Positions 10,769 through 20,786 of a stretch of DNA of 64,000 nt are shown piece by piece. The first letter of the stretch is position 1. Every line of letters begins with the position of its first letter. The notes below the pieces were generated by a model that saw only the letters and a program-made list of their open reading frames with translations, ran no database searches and had not been told where the DNA came from. Source of the stretch: Phycisphaerae bacterium (lineage in GTDB: Bacteria; Planctomycetota; Phycisphaerae; UBA1845; Fen-1342); NCBI GenBank assembly GCA_963675745.2, contig CAXXWX010000023.1:128001-192000 (forward strand), given 5' to 3'. Both the position numbers and the translations under genes were made by a program.

Positions 10769-11185
10769 CTATGTCGCCTGCGCCAGGTACTCGGTCAGCC
10801 GACGCCGAATCTGGTCGCGCACGGCGCGAAAGAGCGGCAGTCGTTGCTCGTCGCTACCGCCGGCACCGGCCGGGTCTTCAAAAGGCCAGTGCTCCTTGGG
10901 CGCGGCGTGGGCAAAGCGCGGACAGTGTGTGTCGGCGTTGCCGCACACTGTAACAACCAGGTCGAAATGTTGATCGACGTAATCAGCCACCGAGTCGCTG
11001 GTGTGGCCGCTGATGTCGATGCCGACCTCGGCCATCACCCTGATCGCCAGCGGGTTAACGCCGTGCGGCTCCAGGCCGGCGCTGAACACATCCCACTGCG
11101 CGGCGGCCATGTGTCGCCAGAAGCCCTCGGCCATCTGTGAGCGGCAGGAGTTACCGGTGCAGAGAATCAGGACGCGTTTTTTCAC
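10769..11185 (-). CDS. arsC: Arsenate reductase, thioredoxin-dependent LMWPTP family
   Basis: CTGNSCRSQMAE, VTVC...C and HWPFEDP motifs. Confidence 0.88.
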   Translation of the reverse strand: MKKRVLILCTGNSCRSQMAEGFWRHMAAAQWDVFSAGLEPHGVNPLAIRVMAEVGIDISGHTSDSVADYVDQHFDLVVTVCGNADTHCPRFAHAAPKEHWPFEDPAGAGGSDEQRLPLFRAVRDQIRRRLTEYLAQAT

Positions 11186-11188
11186 GCG

Positions 11189-11731
11189 TCAGCTCTCCAG
11201 TCGTCGCACCTGCTTGATCATGGGTGGCACAACCGGCAACGAATCTTCGGCCATCTGCGGATTGTACTTGGTCTCCACATCCTTGATGCGGTCAACGACA
11301 TCCTGCCCATCCACGACCTGGCCGAACACGCAATACCCCCAGCCATCCTGACCCGGATAATCAAGCATGGTGTTGTCGGCCACATTGATGAAGAACTGCG
11401 AAGTGGCCGAGTGCGGATCAGCCGTGCGCGCCATGGCGATGGTGCCCAGCTTGTTGTTCAGCCCGTTGGCGGATTCACACTCGATCGGCTCGCGCAGCCC
11501 CTCACCCTTGGGCTGGGCGTCGGCCGTATACCCGCCGCCCTGGATCATGAACGTGGGTATAACGCGATGAAACACGGTCTCGTCGAAGAACTTGTCATCG
11601 ACGTATTGCAGGAAGTTCTCGACCGTCTTGGGGGCGGCCTCAGCGTCGAGCTCGAGCACGATCGCGCCCCACGCCTCATCTCCCGATACGATGTCGAGCG
11701 CAACACGCGGTTTGCCGGCGGATGCGGCCAT
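11189..11731 (-). CDS. Cyclophilin-type peptidyl-prolyl isomerase
   Basis: [39 protein letters not shown]. Confidence 0.95.
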   Translation of the reverse strand: MAASAGKPRVALDIVSGDEAWGAIVLELDAEAAPKTVENFLQYVDDKFFDETVFHRVIPTFMIQGGGYTADAQPKGEGLREPIECESANGLNNKLGTIAMARTADPHSATSQFFINVADNTMLDYPGQDGWGYCVFGQVVDGQDVVDRIKDVETKYNPQMAEDSLPVVPPMIKQVRRLES

Positions 11732-11856
11732 ATGATGTCTCCGTCAAGGTGCCAAGCTGGTACCGTTTCCAGCCAGACCGGGTCACGCGTTCAGCGCTGT
11801 AGCGGCCTGCGCCTCCGCAGGCCGTCGGTGTCATACGGCGCCTCCGACTCCCGGCG

Positions 11857-12983
11857 CTACTTGATGCCCAGCAGCTCGATGTCGAAAACGAGCGTCGCCT
11901 TGGGCGGGATTGTCGGCGGACGACCGCGCTCGCCATATGCCAGCTCGTACGGGATAACCAGTTTGTGCTTGCCGCCGACCTTCATCAGCCCGACGCCTTC
12001 GGTCCAACCCGAGATGACGCCCGTCAGGCGGAAGCTGGCGGGTGAGCCGCGATCGCGCGAGCTGTCGAACTTGGTGCCATCGACCAGCCAGCCCGTGTAG
12101 TGAACCTCGACAGTGTCGGACGGCTTGGGGCTAGGCCCGTCACCCTCTTCCAGAACCACGTACATCAATCCCGACTCGGTCTTCTGGATCTTCTTGCCCG
12201 TCTCGGTCTCGATTTTGGCGATCAGGTCGGTCAATTTCTTGGTCTCCCGGGCTTTCAGTGCGGCTTCCTCTTCCATTTTCGCGCGCCTGGCCTGCTCGAA
12301 CTTGGCCCCCAGCTTCTTGCGGTCGAACTCACCTGTGATCTTCACGCTCTTGATGATGACCGCCGCATCCGGCGTAACGCCCGGTCCCTGCACGGGGTAC
12401 TTGGGGTGAACGATGCAAGGCGTCTCGCGGATCTTGTCAACGACATCCATGCCCTCGACGACCTTGCCGAATACGGCGTAGGCCGCCCCATCCCGCTGCG
12501 GGCGATCGAGTCGCTCATTGTCGACCACGTTGATGAAGAACTGGGAGGTGGCCGAGTCCGGCTTGCCGCCCTGCCGGGCCATCGCGACCGTGCCGCGCAT
12601 GTTCTTGAGCCCGTTCTTCCATTCGTTGGGAATGCCCTCGCGGAGCCCCTCCTTCTTGACGTCCATATCAGCGGTGAACCCGCCACCCTGGATCATGAAC
12701 GTCGGGATTACGCGGTGAACAATCGTATCGTTGTAGTACCCATCCTCGGCGTAACGGATGAAGTTGTAGCAACTGTACGGGGCCTTCTCGATGTCCAGCT
12801 CGAAGACGATCTTGCCCAGAGGCTCGCCCTTCTGCTCGATCATCAGTTCGGCGCGCGGCAGGGCCGTCGCCTTGGCATCCTCGGTCTTGGCCGGTCCTCA
12901 TCCTGCGCCACGGCGGCGACTGCGAGCAGTGCCGTGCAAATGCCGATCGCGTACATGAGGTTGCGTGTGTTCGCTCTTCTCAT
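11857..12983 (-). CDS. Cyclophilin-FKBP dual-domain PPIase; the signal peptide is in another frame (frameshift near 12895)
   Basis: 11857-12843 holds a cyclophilin domain ([13 protein letters not shown]) and an FKBP domain ([22 protein letters not shown]). The upstream frame encodes [29 protein letters not shown]. Confidence 0.85.
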
Positions 12984-13088
12984 TTCATAAATCTCCGCAC
13001 CACGAGTCAGAGGGATTAGCTGATTAACGCATTCTCGAACCAAGCAGTCTACCCGTCAGTCAGCGCACGTGCCACCCCCGCCAGACCG

Positions 13089-14366
13089 TCATACCTGCCT
13101 TGAGGCGGCCTTTGTCCAGAGCCGTCCTTCACCGCGTGCCGTACCGACTGGATCGTGCGTTACGACAAAAGCGGCCGCTGCTGAGATAATCATGAACGGC
13201 ATCAGCGGCACACGATAGCGCAAACTTCCGATATAGATGCAGTGTACGAGCGTGAAATAGGCGATCGGCAGCCACAGCAGCACAATCAGCAGCCGCCGGC
13301 GCCGACGTGCGCTGGGTGAGCCCAACTGCCCGACCAGGCGAAACACACCGACAAGCGAGGCGACGATCACCGGCAGCATGAACGCGGCGCTGACCAGCCC
13401 GGCCAGGCCGCCCCGGTATTGCTCGTAATTCGGGCGCGGATTCCACGTGCGCGCAAATTTCACGCCCGCCAGCCGTACCACGCGATACGGATCATGCCAC
13501 ATGTGGCGTCTGGCGAGTGCTCCCAGTCGGCGATCGACCTGAACCTCATCAAGCGCGGCCAATTCGGGCATGTGCTGGAGGAAGGATTGGTCACTGGCCC
13601 CGGTCGCTTGTGGGCCCTGCGCGTCATACAGCGTCACGCCGCCGTTGGTGCTCAGCCAGGCATAGCTGCCAATCACCAGGCGATTGCGCAACCCCCAGGG
13701 CAGCAGCAATGCGACGCACACCAGGCCAAGGCCGATCATGCGGTAAGCCGCCCGAATCCTGTTCTCGGAGAAGAGCCACAGAACCAGCCAGATAAGTGGG
13801 ATCCAAGCCGCCGCGGACGGTCGAGTCAGTATTGCAATCGGCCCTAATAGCGCCAAAGCGACCAACCCGCGCCGGCTGATCTCGTGCGGCCGCCTCAGCG
13901 TCATCCACGCCGTGTACGTCAGCCCCACGCCCGCGAGCGTGAACAGCACCTCCGTCAACAGCAGGTTGCAGAAGAAGATGCTGTATGGATCGCAGGCCGC
14001 CAACAGGCCGGCGATCAGGCCGGGACGCCGGCCGAGCGCTTCCTGTGCGAACCGATACACCAGCCACGCCGTGATCGCCCCGATGACAGCCTGCGCCAGG
14101 CGTGCGGCGAGGATGCCACCGGGGCCGCGCCACGCAAACAGTGCCAGGAACAGAGGATACAGCGGCATGCGCGCCGCATAGCGGCCGTCGTCGGTGGCCA
14201 GGATTCCGTCGCCGACCAGGTTCTGCGCCAGTTGCCAGTGCAGCGCTTCGTCGTCGAACTCGAGCGTCGGTGCCGCGCCGGCGGCGCGCCACACGACCCA
14301 TGCCAGCCGCAGCACCAGCGCGACCAGGAACACCCAGAAACCGGCGTTGCCGGACACGGTTCTCAT
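13089..14366 (-). CDS. ArnT/PMT-family (GT-C) membrane glycosyltransferase
   Basis: FDDE first loop, RMPLYPLFL, LLTEVLF, LTRP, PWGLRN and RYRVP motifs; multiple TM helices. ATGA overlap with tilS. Confidence 0.8.
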   Translation of the reverse strand: MRTVSGNAGFWVFLVALVLRLAWVVWRAAGAAPTLEFDDEALHWQLAQNLVGDGILATDDGRYAARMPLYPLFLALFAWRGPGGILAARLAQAVIGAITAWLVYRFAQEALGRRPGLIAGLLAACDPYSIFFCNLLLTEVLFTLAGVGLTYTAWMTLRRPHEISRRGLVALALLGPIAILTRPSAAAWIPLIWLVLWLFSENRIRAAYRMIGLGLVCVALLLPWGLRNRLVIGSYAWLSTNGGVTLYDAQGPQATGASDQSFLQHMPELAALDEVQVDRRLGALARRHMWHDPYRVVRLAGVKFARTWNPRPNYEQYRGGLAGLVSAAFMLPVIVASLVGVFRLVGQLGSPSARRRRRLLIVLLWLPIAYFTLVHCIYIGSLRYRVPLMPFMIISAAAAFVVTHDPVGTARGEGRLWTKAASRQV

Positions 14367-15832
14367 ACGCGATCAACCTGGTGCGGCAACTGGGGGTGGA
14401 ATAACAGGTGTAGTGCCCGCTTGGTAGTGGATCGCAGTTTGACACGCTCATCGATGCGCAGCGGCATCACCCAGATGACCCCCGCCTGATCGCACACCAC
14501 GCCGGTGCGCGCCCGCTGTAGCGGGTCAATCTTCTCGCCGATCAGGAAATCGCTGATCGTCTTCGCGCCCGGGGCCCCCAGCGGGCGAAACCGATCACCA
14601 TCCCGGCGCCCGCGCACGAGTACCGGCGGCTGGACACGCTCCAGGTCAATCCACTCTTCGTACGGGCTGTTCGCGCGACGCAGCTCTTCGATCTTACCGG
14701 CGTCGATCGCGGTTTCCCGCAGTTCGAGATCAGCGCCGAGCGCCGGCAAGCGGGTCCGTCCCGGGCACTTGAGGTAGACAGTCGAAACCTCCGGCGCCGG
14801 CTCAACCTGTGCCTGCGGCCGAAAGTCCAGGCGGTCATACTGCTTCCGCACGGCGACGCGGCCGGGAAGGTGTACCTCCTTGCCGCTAGCCGGATCGTGC
14901 GCCAGCTTGAGCACCGCCTCAATGTGTGCAAAGCTCAGATCCTGCTCGCCGCCGATTACCAGCGAGCTGGCCAGCCGCACGACTTCCGCCTGGATGATCC
15001 TCTGTTTGGTGAGCAGGGCCTTGGCGTTCAACACCAGGCGCTGCGGGCCTTCAGAGACGATTAGTGAGTCAAACGTGCGTGCGGCGGCATCCTGCAAATA
15101 GGTGCCCAGCCAGCGCGCTTGCTCGCCGAGCCGCAGCAGCGCATCGGTGACGTTCGGGTTCATCTGCTCGCGCAACAGCGGAATGACCACATTGCGAATC
15201 CGCCCCCGCGTAAACAACGAGGCGGCGTTTGTCGAGTCACATCGGCTTGGCCAGCCGCGCTCTTCCAGCAGGCTGTCGATCCGCTCACGGCGCTGGTGAA
15301 GCAGCGGGCGGATCAGCCGTACGCGACTTCCCGCGCGAATCGGCCGTACCGCCAGCATGCCGGCCAGACCACGCAGTCCGGTACCGCGACAAATGCGGTG
15401 CAGAATCGTCTCGGCGTCGTCGTCTGCATGATGTCCCACCGCCACCCGGTCACTGCCGACCTTGAGGGCCACGCGTTCCAGGAATGCATAACGTTGCTCG
15501 CGGGCAACCTCTTCGGTGGAGCCCCCCCCGGCGGCAACCACGGCCGGGACGTCGATCTGTTCATGGTGAAAGGTGGCGTCCAGTTCGCCCGCCAATTCCC
15601 GGACGAACTCCTGGTCACCGTCGGCCTCCGCGCCGCGCAGGCCGTGGTGCAGGTGGGCCAGATGGAGCTTCCAGTCGAGATTGCGGCATTCTGACACTTC
15701 CGCCAGCGCGTGCGCCAGCAACGTGGAGTCGGGTCCGCCTGAGACGCCGACGACCCAGTGGCGGTCTGATTCGAGGATCTCGCGTTCGGCGAGCCAATCG
15801 GCCAGATCGTCACGAAAACCGTTCCAGGCCAC
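14363..15832 (-). CDS. tilS: tRNA(Ile)-lysidine synthetase
   Basis: VSGGPDS PP-loop, HHGLRG, GHHADDDAET, RPLL and TilS C-domain. GTG start at 15832 preceded by AAGGAG. Confidence 0.95.
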   Translation of the reverse strand: MAWNGFRDDLADWLAEREILESDRHWVVGVSGGPDSTLLAHALAEVSECRNLDWKLHLAHLHHGLRGAEADGDQEFVRELAGELDATFHHEQIDVPAVVAAGGGSTEEVAREQRYAFLERVALKVGSDRVAVGHHADDDAETILHRICRGTGLRGLAGMLAVRPIRAGSRVRLIRPLLHQRRERIDSLLEERGWPSRCDSTNAASLFTRGRIRNVVIPLLREQMNPNVTDALLRLGEQARWLGTYLQDAAARTFDSLIVSEGPQRLVLNAKALLTKQRIIQAEVVRLASSLVIGGEQDLSFAHIEAVLKLAHDPASGKEVHLPGRVAVRKQYDRLDFRPQAQVEPAPEVSTVYLKCPGRTRLPALGADLELRETAIDAGKIEELRRANSPYEEWIDLERVQPPVLVRGRRDGDRFRPLGAPGAKTISDFLIGEKIDPLQRARTGVVCDQAGVIWVMPLRIDERVKLRSTTKRALHLLFHPQLPHQVDRV

Positions 15833-16352
15833 AGCAGCAGCTCCTTGGGTGAGTGCGCGCCGCCGGCAAGCGTCCATGCTGCCTCGTAACAGGGTGCGTC
15901 CCGAGCCACGAGGCGAACCATAAATGGTATACGAACGCGCCGACAGGTCCAGCCGGGATTGGCGCAGCGTGCGGTTGTCTGGCATCCAGCCGGTGGGTTC
16001 GATAGAATGGAATTGGTTTGCGCGAACCCCGGAACACGGCTGGCGGTCCTGCCATCTTACGGATTCACGGCTGCCTGGAGCCACGGCGCAATGAAGAAGC
16101 CTGCTGAATCCATAGCAAGGCGTGGCGGACTGCCAACCTGGTCTCCTGATGTGGCTACGCGAGGGAACAGCGGTCGTCGCTGATTGGTACCGCTGCTGCC
16201 AGTTATCGGATCAGTGTAACGTGATACGCCGCCGATACAGTGCAATATAATCTGCTGGAGGGGTTGGGCGTTTGAGTCGAACAGGCAGTGACCCCATCAG
16301 CAAACGAGGGGAATCCCGGGGGCGGCACGATGCCGCGTTCCCTTGATCAGAC

Positions 16353-18599
16353 GTGGAAAGGCAACAGATGTCGTGGCAATCTTCGGGCAGCCGACGTGCA
16401 ATACGCGCATGCGGCGCCTCCGGTACCGGTGCCGGCGAGGTGTTTCTGAGACGCGGGTTACTCGCGGCGTGCATTGTATATGCGCTCGCCAGCCCCGCGG
16501 AGGCATATATCGGCCCGGGAGCGGGTTTTGCGATCGCTTCCTCGTTTCTGACCGTGCTGGCGACGATGGCGCTGGCCCTGCTGGGGCTGATGCTGTGGCC
16601 GATCAACTGGTTGATCCGGTCAATCAGAGGACGCCGGGCCTTCGCAAAGGCCCGGATAAAGCGTCTGGTAATATTGGGCCTCGACGGCCTGGAACCCAGC
16701 CTCGTTGACCGCTTCATGGGCGAAGGCAAGCTGCCGAATCTGGCCAAGCTGAAAGAAACGGGTGGGTTCAGCCTGCTGGGCACAGTTTTACCACCACTGT
16801 CACCGGTGGCGTGGTCGACGTTTCTAACCGGCACAAACCCTGGCAAACACAATGTTTACGACTTCCTGAACTCCGACCGGCGCACCTACCTGCCCAGCCT
16901 GTCCTCAGTTCTGATCCGCCCGCCGACCAAGACCTTCAAGCTCGGCAAGTACGTTTTCCCGCTCAACAAGCCCGAGATTCGCCTGCTGCGCAAGGGCAAG
17001 CCATTCTGGCACACGCTGGGCGACCACGGCATATTCAGCTCGGTGATTCGCGTGCCGATCACGTTTCCGCCCGAGAAGTGCCGCGGCGTCGTTCTGTCCG
17101 CCATGTGCGCTCCCGACCTGCGCGGCACACAAGGGTTGTTCTCATTCTACAGCACACGTTCGGATGACAGCGAGGAGCGTACCGGCGGCGAGCAGATCCG
17201 CGTGCAGCGCGAAGGCGATCTGATTCGCTCTGAGCTTGTCGGGCCAGACAACAGCGTGGTGCTCGGCGAAGGCCCGATGAAAATCCCGTTCGAGGTGCGC
17301 ATCGCCGGCGAACGGGCGACCCTGCACATCGAAGGCGATCAGTATGACCTCGAGCCCGGAATCTACACGCCTTGGATAACCGTCAACTTCCGGGCCGGCA
17401 TGGGCATATCCGTTCAGGGCGTATGTCGTTTCATGCTGGTAAGAACGCAGCCCGAGTTCGAGCTGTACGTGATGCCGATCAACATCGATCCAGAGAAGCC
17501 GGCCATGCCGATCTCGCACCCGGTGGCGTACAGCACGTATCTCTCAAAGCGCTTCGGGTCGTTCGCAACACTCGGATTGGCCGAAGACACCTGGGCGCTG
17601 AACGAGGACTTGATCGACGACCAGGCATTCGTCGATCAGTGCATGTTCATCGACAGCGAGCGCGAGCAGCAGTTCTTCGACGCGATCGACAACACCGGCA
17701 ACGGGCTGGTGGTCTGTGTCTTTGACGGCACCGATCGGCTGCAGCACATGTTCTGGCGCTATTTGGAAGATGATCATCCGGCGCACCCCAAGAACCTCCA
17801 CCCCGAAACGTACAAACCCAATGGCAGCGAGCGGGTGCTTGAAGAGCTGTATATGCGCATGGACAAGCTCGTCGGCGAAACGATGGAGCGGACAGTCAAG
17901 CGCGACAAGAACACGGTGTTGATGGTCCTGTCCGATCACGGATTCTGCTCGTTCCGCCGCGGCCTGGATCTCAACGCCTGGCTAATCGAAAACGGCTACA
18001 TGAAGCTCAAGCCGGACGCCAAGCCGGGTGCCCAGTATCTCGCCGCGGTGGATTGGGAACACACGCGCGCGTACACGCAGGGATTGGCCGGGATGTTCAT
18101 CAACCAGAAGGGCCGCGAGGCCCAAGGTATCGTCGAGCCCGGCGAGGAAATGCAGAAGCTGAAGGACGAGATCAGCGCAAAGCTGACCGGCTTGCGCGAT
18201 CCGGCGAATGATGAGATTGCCATTCGCCGCGTGTTCGACAAGGAAAAGTCATATCAAGGCCCGTATCGCGCCACGGCCCCCGACCTGGTGATTGGATATA
18301 ACCGTGGCTATCGCATTGCGTGGGACACCGCGATCGGTAAAGTAACCGGCTCGGTCTTTCACGATAATACGAAGGCGTGGAGCGGCGACCACTGCATCGA
18401 CCCGGAACTGATCCCGGGCGTGATGTTCTGTAGCCACAAAATCGAGAGCGAGTCGCCGCGGCTGATGGATCTGGGGCCGACGGCGCTGGATCTGTTCGGC
18501 ATCGCGGTTCCCGCCAACATGGATGGCCGGCCGCTGAAGATCGCCGTTGGAAACGGGCATACCGCCGGAAAAACCGCGCCGGTCGCCGCGGCGGGGTAG
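16353..18599 (+). CDS. Membrane-anchored alkaline phosphatase superfamily (NPP-type) protein with N-terminal AYIGPGAG motif
   Basis: ILGLDGL, PPLSPVAW (Ser nucleophile), SDHGF and WSGDHC motifs. The true start may be GTG 16440. Confidence 0.85.
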   Translation: MERQQMSWQSSGSRRAIRACGASGTGAGEVFLRRGLLAACIVYALASPAEAYIGPGAGFAIASSFLTVLATMALALLGLMLWPINWLIRSIRGRRAFAKARIKRLVILGLDGLEPSLVDRFMGEGKLPNLAKLKETGGFSLLGTVLPPLSPVAWSTFLTGTNPGKHNVYDFLNSDRRTYLPSLSSVLIRPPTKTFKLGKYVFPLNKPEIRLLRKGKPFWHTLGDHGIFSSVIRVPITFPPEKCRGVVLSAMCAPDLRGTQGLFSFYSTRSDDSEERTGGEQIRVQREGDLIRSELVGPDNSVVLGEGPMKIPFEVRIAGERATLHIEGDQYDLEPGIYTPWITVNFRAGMGISVQGVCRFMLVRTQPEFELYVMPINIDPEKPAMPISHPVAYSTYLSKRFGSFATLGLAEDTWALNEDLIDDQAFVDQCMFIDSEREQQFFDAIDNTGNGLVVCVFDGTDRLQHMFWRYLEDDHPAHPKNLHPETYKPNGSERVLEELYMRMDKLVGETMERTVKRDKNTVLMVLSDHGFCSFRRGLDLNAWLIENGYMKLKPDAKPGAQYLAAVDWEHTRAYTQGLAGMFINQKGREAQGIVEPGEEMQKLKDEISAKLTGLRDPANDEIAIRRVFDKEKSYQGPYRATAPDLVIGYNRGYRIAWDTAIGKVTGSVFHDNTKAWSGDHCIDPELIPGVMFCSHKIESESPRLMDLGPTALDLFGIAVPANMDGRPLKIAVGNGHTAGKTAPVAAAG

Positions 18600-18617
18600 C
18601 CGCTGAGTGAGTTGGAT

Positions 18618-20663
18618 ATGCGCATAGCCGCCGCCGTAATAATCGTCGTCGTGAACCTGTTCGCGCTGATCTTCTTCTGGCCGAGTGGCGAAGGGGAAGA
18701 TGTGCGGCCACAGGCGGGGCGCGGCGATGGCAAAAAGGTGTTCATACTCGGGTGTGATGGGCTGGATGCCGAGCTCATCGAACGGATGCTGCGCGAGGGG
18801 CGCCTGCCGAACATGGCCAAGCTGGCCGCCAAGGGTGGATTTCGACCGCTCACGACCAGCATTCCGCCGCAAAGCCCCGTTGCCTGGTCGAACTTCATCA
18901 CGGGCGCCGGCCCCGGCGTACACGGCATCTTTGACTTCATTCACCGCGAGCCGGACAAGCAGTACGCCCCGTACTTCTCCACCAACTACTTCGCCCAAAA
19001 ACACAATTGGTGGATCACCAGGAAGCTGATTCCCGAAACGGTCGGCGGATATGTGCTGCGCGGCACCACACAGAACACGCTCATGCGCAAGGGTACGCCG
19101 TTCTGGGACTATCTCGACACGGCCGGCATCAAGGTCGACCTGTATCGCTTGCCGGCGAATTACCCCCCCAGCAAGTCGAAGTACGGCAACGTACGCTGCC
19201 TGCCGGGCATGGGTGTACCCGACGCGGTCGAGACCGGCACACAGGGAACCTACCAGCAGTTCACCACCAAACCGCGACGCGAGGTCGAACTGGGCGGCGG
19301 CAAGAAGTTCAAACTGCGGCGTGATCCAAAGACGCGCGCATATGTCGGCACGCTGCGCGGGCCGTCGAACATGTTGCTCGCCGACGCGCCCAACATGACG
19401 CTCGATTTCAGCGTGTACCGCGACCCCGAGCGCGACGCCGCGATCATAACCTATGAGAACAAGGGTATTGCCGGCACCGAAGAGGTGAGCATCCCGCTGA
19501 ACGTCGGGGAGTGGAGCGACTGGGTATATGTCGACTTTCCGCAAACCGGCCTGCGTGTTCCGGCGATGCGCACGATGGCGCGTTTCCTGCTACAGGGCGT
19601 GCGACCGCACGTGGACGTGTACGTCACGCCGCTGAACTTCGCGCCTGACGCGGCCCCGCCGGACTTCAGCGAGCCGTCCGACTTTGTCAAAGATATCGGC
19701 GAGGGGATCGGGCCTTTCTACACGCAGGGATTCGCTGAGGACTTCAAGGCCCGTGACCAGAACGTGTTGAGCGACGAGGAGTTTCGCCAGCAGGCCGAAC
19801 TCGTGCTTGACGAGCGAATGAAAATGCTGGACTTCGCGCTCGACAATTACGTGGACGGGCTGCTGTTCTTCTACTTTTCCAGTTCCGACTTGCAGGCGCA
19901 CATCTACTGGTGGGAATCAACCGATGAGCACCCGATCCGCTCATGGGAGGATGCGCAGCGCTTCAACCGCGTGGTCGAAGACGTCTACGTCAGGCTCGAC
20001 GAAGCGCTCGGCCACAGCCTGGAGCGGCTCGGCGAAGACCTCACCGTAATCGTCATGTCCGATCACGGATTCGGCAACTTCGGGCGCGGATTCGCGCTGA
20101 ACACGTGGCTGCGCGAGGAGGGCTACCTCGTCGCCGATCGCGGTCTCCTGTTCGACTGTGACTGGTCGCAGACGCGCGTATACGGCCTGGGCCTGAACGG
20201 GTTGTACCTGAACCTCAAGGGCCGTGAGCCCGAGGGCATCGTCGATCCGGCCGAAGCCGATGAGCTGCTTGACGAATTGTGCGACAAGCTGGTGGCCCTG
20301 CGTGACCCCGAGAACGGCCGACAGGTTATTCTCCGGTGTTACAAGACCAAGGACTGGTATCACGGCCCCGAGGCGGTCAACGCGCCCGACATCATTGTCG
20401 GATACGGCGCGGGGTATCGCTCGAGTTGGAATACGGCGTTGGGCGATTTCGACAAAAGCGTCGTGGTGCCGAATCACAGCGCCTGGAGCGCCGACCACTG
20501 CGTGGCGCGCGAGCTTGTGCCGGGCATCGTCATCGCCAACCGGCCGATCAATCGCGCTGACCCCGCCCTGATCGACCTGGCACCGACTATTCTCGGAGAG
20601 TTTGGGCTACCCACGCCCGAGACCATGACTGGACGCAACATTTTCGGGGCGCCGGAGGAGTGA
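18618..20663 (+). CDS. N-terminally anchored alkaline phosphatase superfamily (NPP-type) protein, paralog of the upstream gene
   Basis: One N-terminal TM helix; ILGCDGL, PPQSPVAW, SDHGF and WSADHC motifs. Confidence 0.85.
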   Translation: MRIAAAVIIVVVNLFALIFFWPSGEGEDVRPQAGRGDGKKVFILGCDGLDAELIERMLREGRLPNMAKLAAKGGFRPLTTSIPPQSPVAWSNFITGAGPGVHGIFDFIHREPDKQYAPYFSTNYFAQKHNWWITRKLIPETVGGYVLRGTTQNTLMRKGTPFWDYLDTAGIKVDLYRLPANYPPSKSKYGNVRCLPGMGVPDAVETGTQGTYQQFTTKPRREVELGGGKKFKLRRDPKTRAYVGTLRGPSNMLLADAPNMTLDFSVYRDPERDAAIITYENKGIAGTEEVSIPLNVGEWSDWVYVDFPQTGLRVPAMRTMARFLLQGVRPHVDVYVTPLNFAPDAAPPDFSEPSDFVKDIGEGIGPFYTQGFAEDFKARDQNVLSDEEFRQQAELVLDERMKMLDFALDNYVDGLLFFYFSSSDLQAHIYWWESTDEHPIRSWEDAQRFNRVVEDVYVRLDEALGHSLERLGEDLTVIVMSDHGFGNFGRGFALNTWLREEGYLVADRGLLFDCDWSQTRVYGLGLNGLYLNLKGREPEGIVDPAEADELLDELCDKLVALRDPENGRQVILRCYKTKDWYHGPEAVNAPDIIVGYGAGYRSSWNTALGDFDKSVVVPNHSAWSADHCVARELVPGIVIANRPINRADPALIDLAPTILGEFGLPTPETMTGRNIFGAPEE

Positions 20664-20693
20664 CCGTTCGAGCGAGGTGGTTGATTGAGCAGC

Positions 20694-20743
20694 GTGGCTT
20701 GGGCGTCGCGCCCGAGGCGTCACAGGCGCGACGCCTGTGCCAC
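20694..20743. repeat. REP-like inverted doublet (GTGG-type)
   Basis: GTGGCTTGGGCGTCGCGCCCGAG and, on the opposite strand, GTGGCACAGGCGTCGCGCCTGTG; each unit is an imperfect palindrome. Confidence 0.65.
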
Positions 20744-20786
20744 CGGTGTCCCACCGCCGCCCGCTTGTGTTATACAGGAGCACGCG

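Noticed and set aside
10769..11185. Arsenic resistance operon
   Set aside because: arsC stands alone, with no arsR, acr3 or arsB nearby.
15522..15529. C8 homopolymer in tilS as a phase-variation tract
   Set aside because: It encodes Gly codons in an intact, normally essential gene.
15850..16350. Long intergenic region as an ncRNA or tRNA
   Set aside because: No cloverleaf or known RNA motif was recognised; divergent promoters explain it (TATAAT at 16246-16251).
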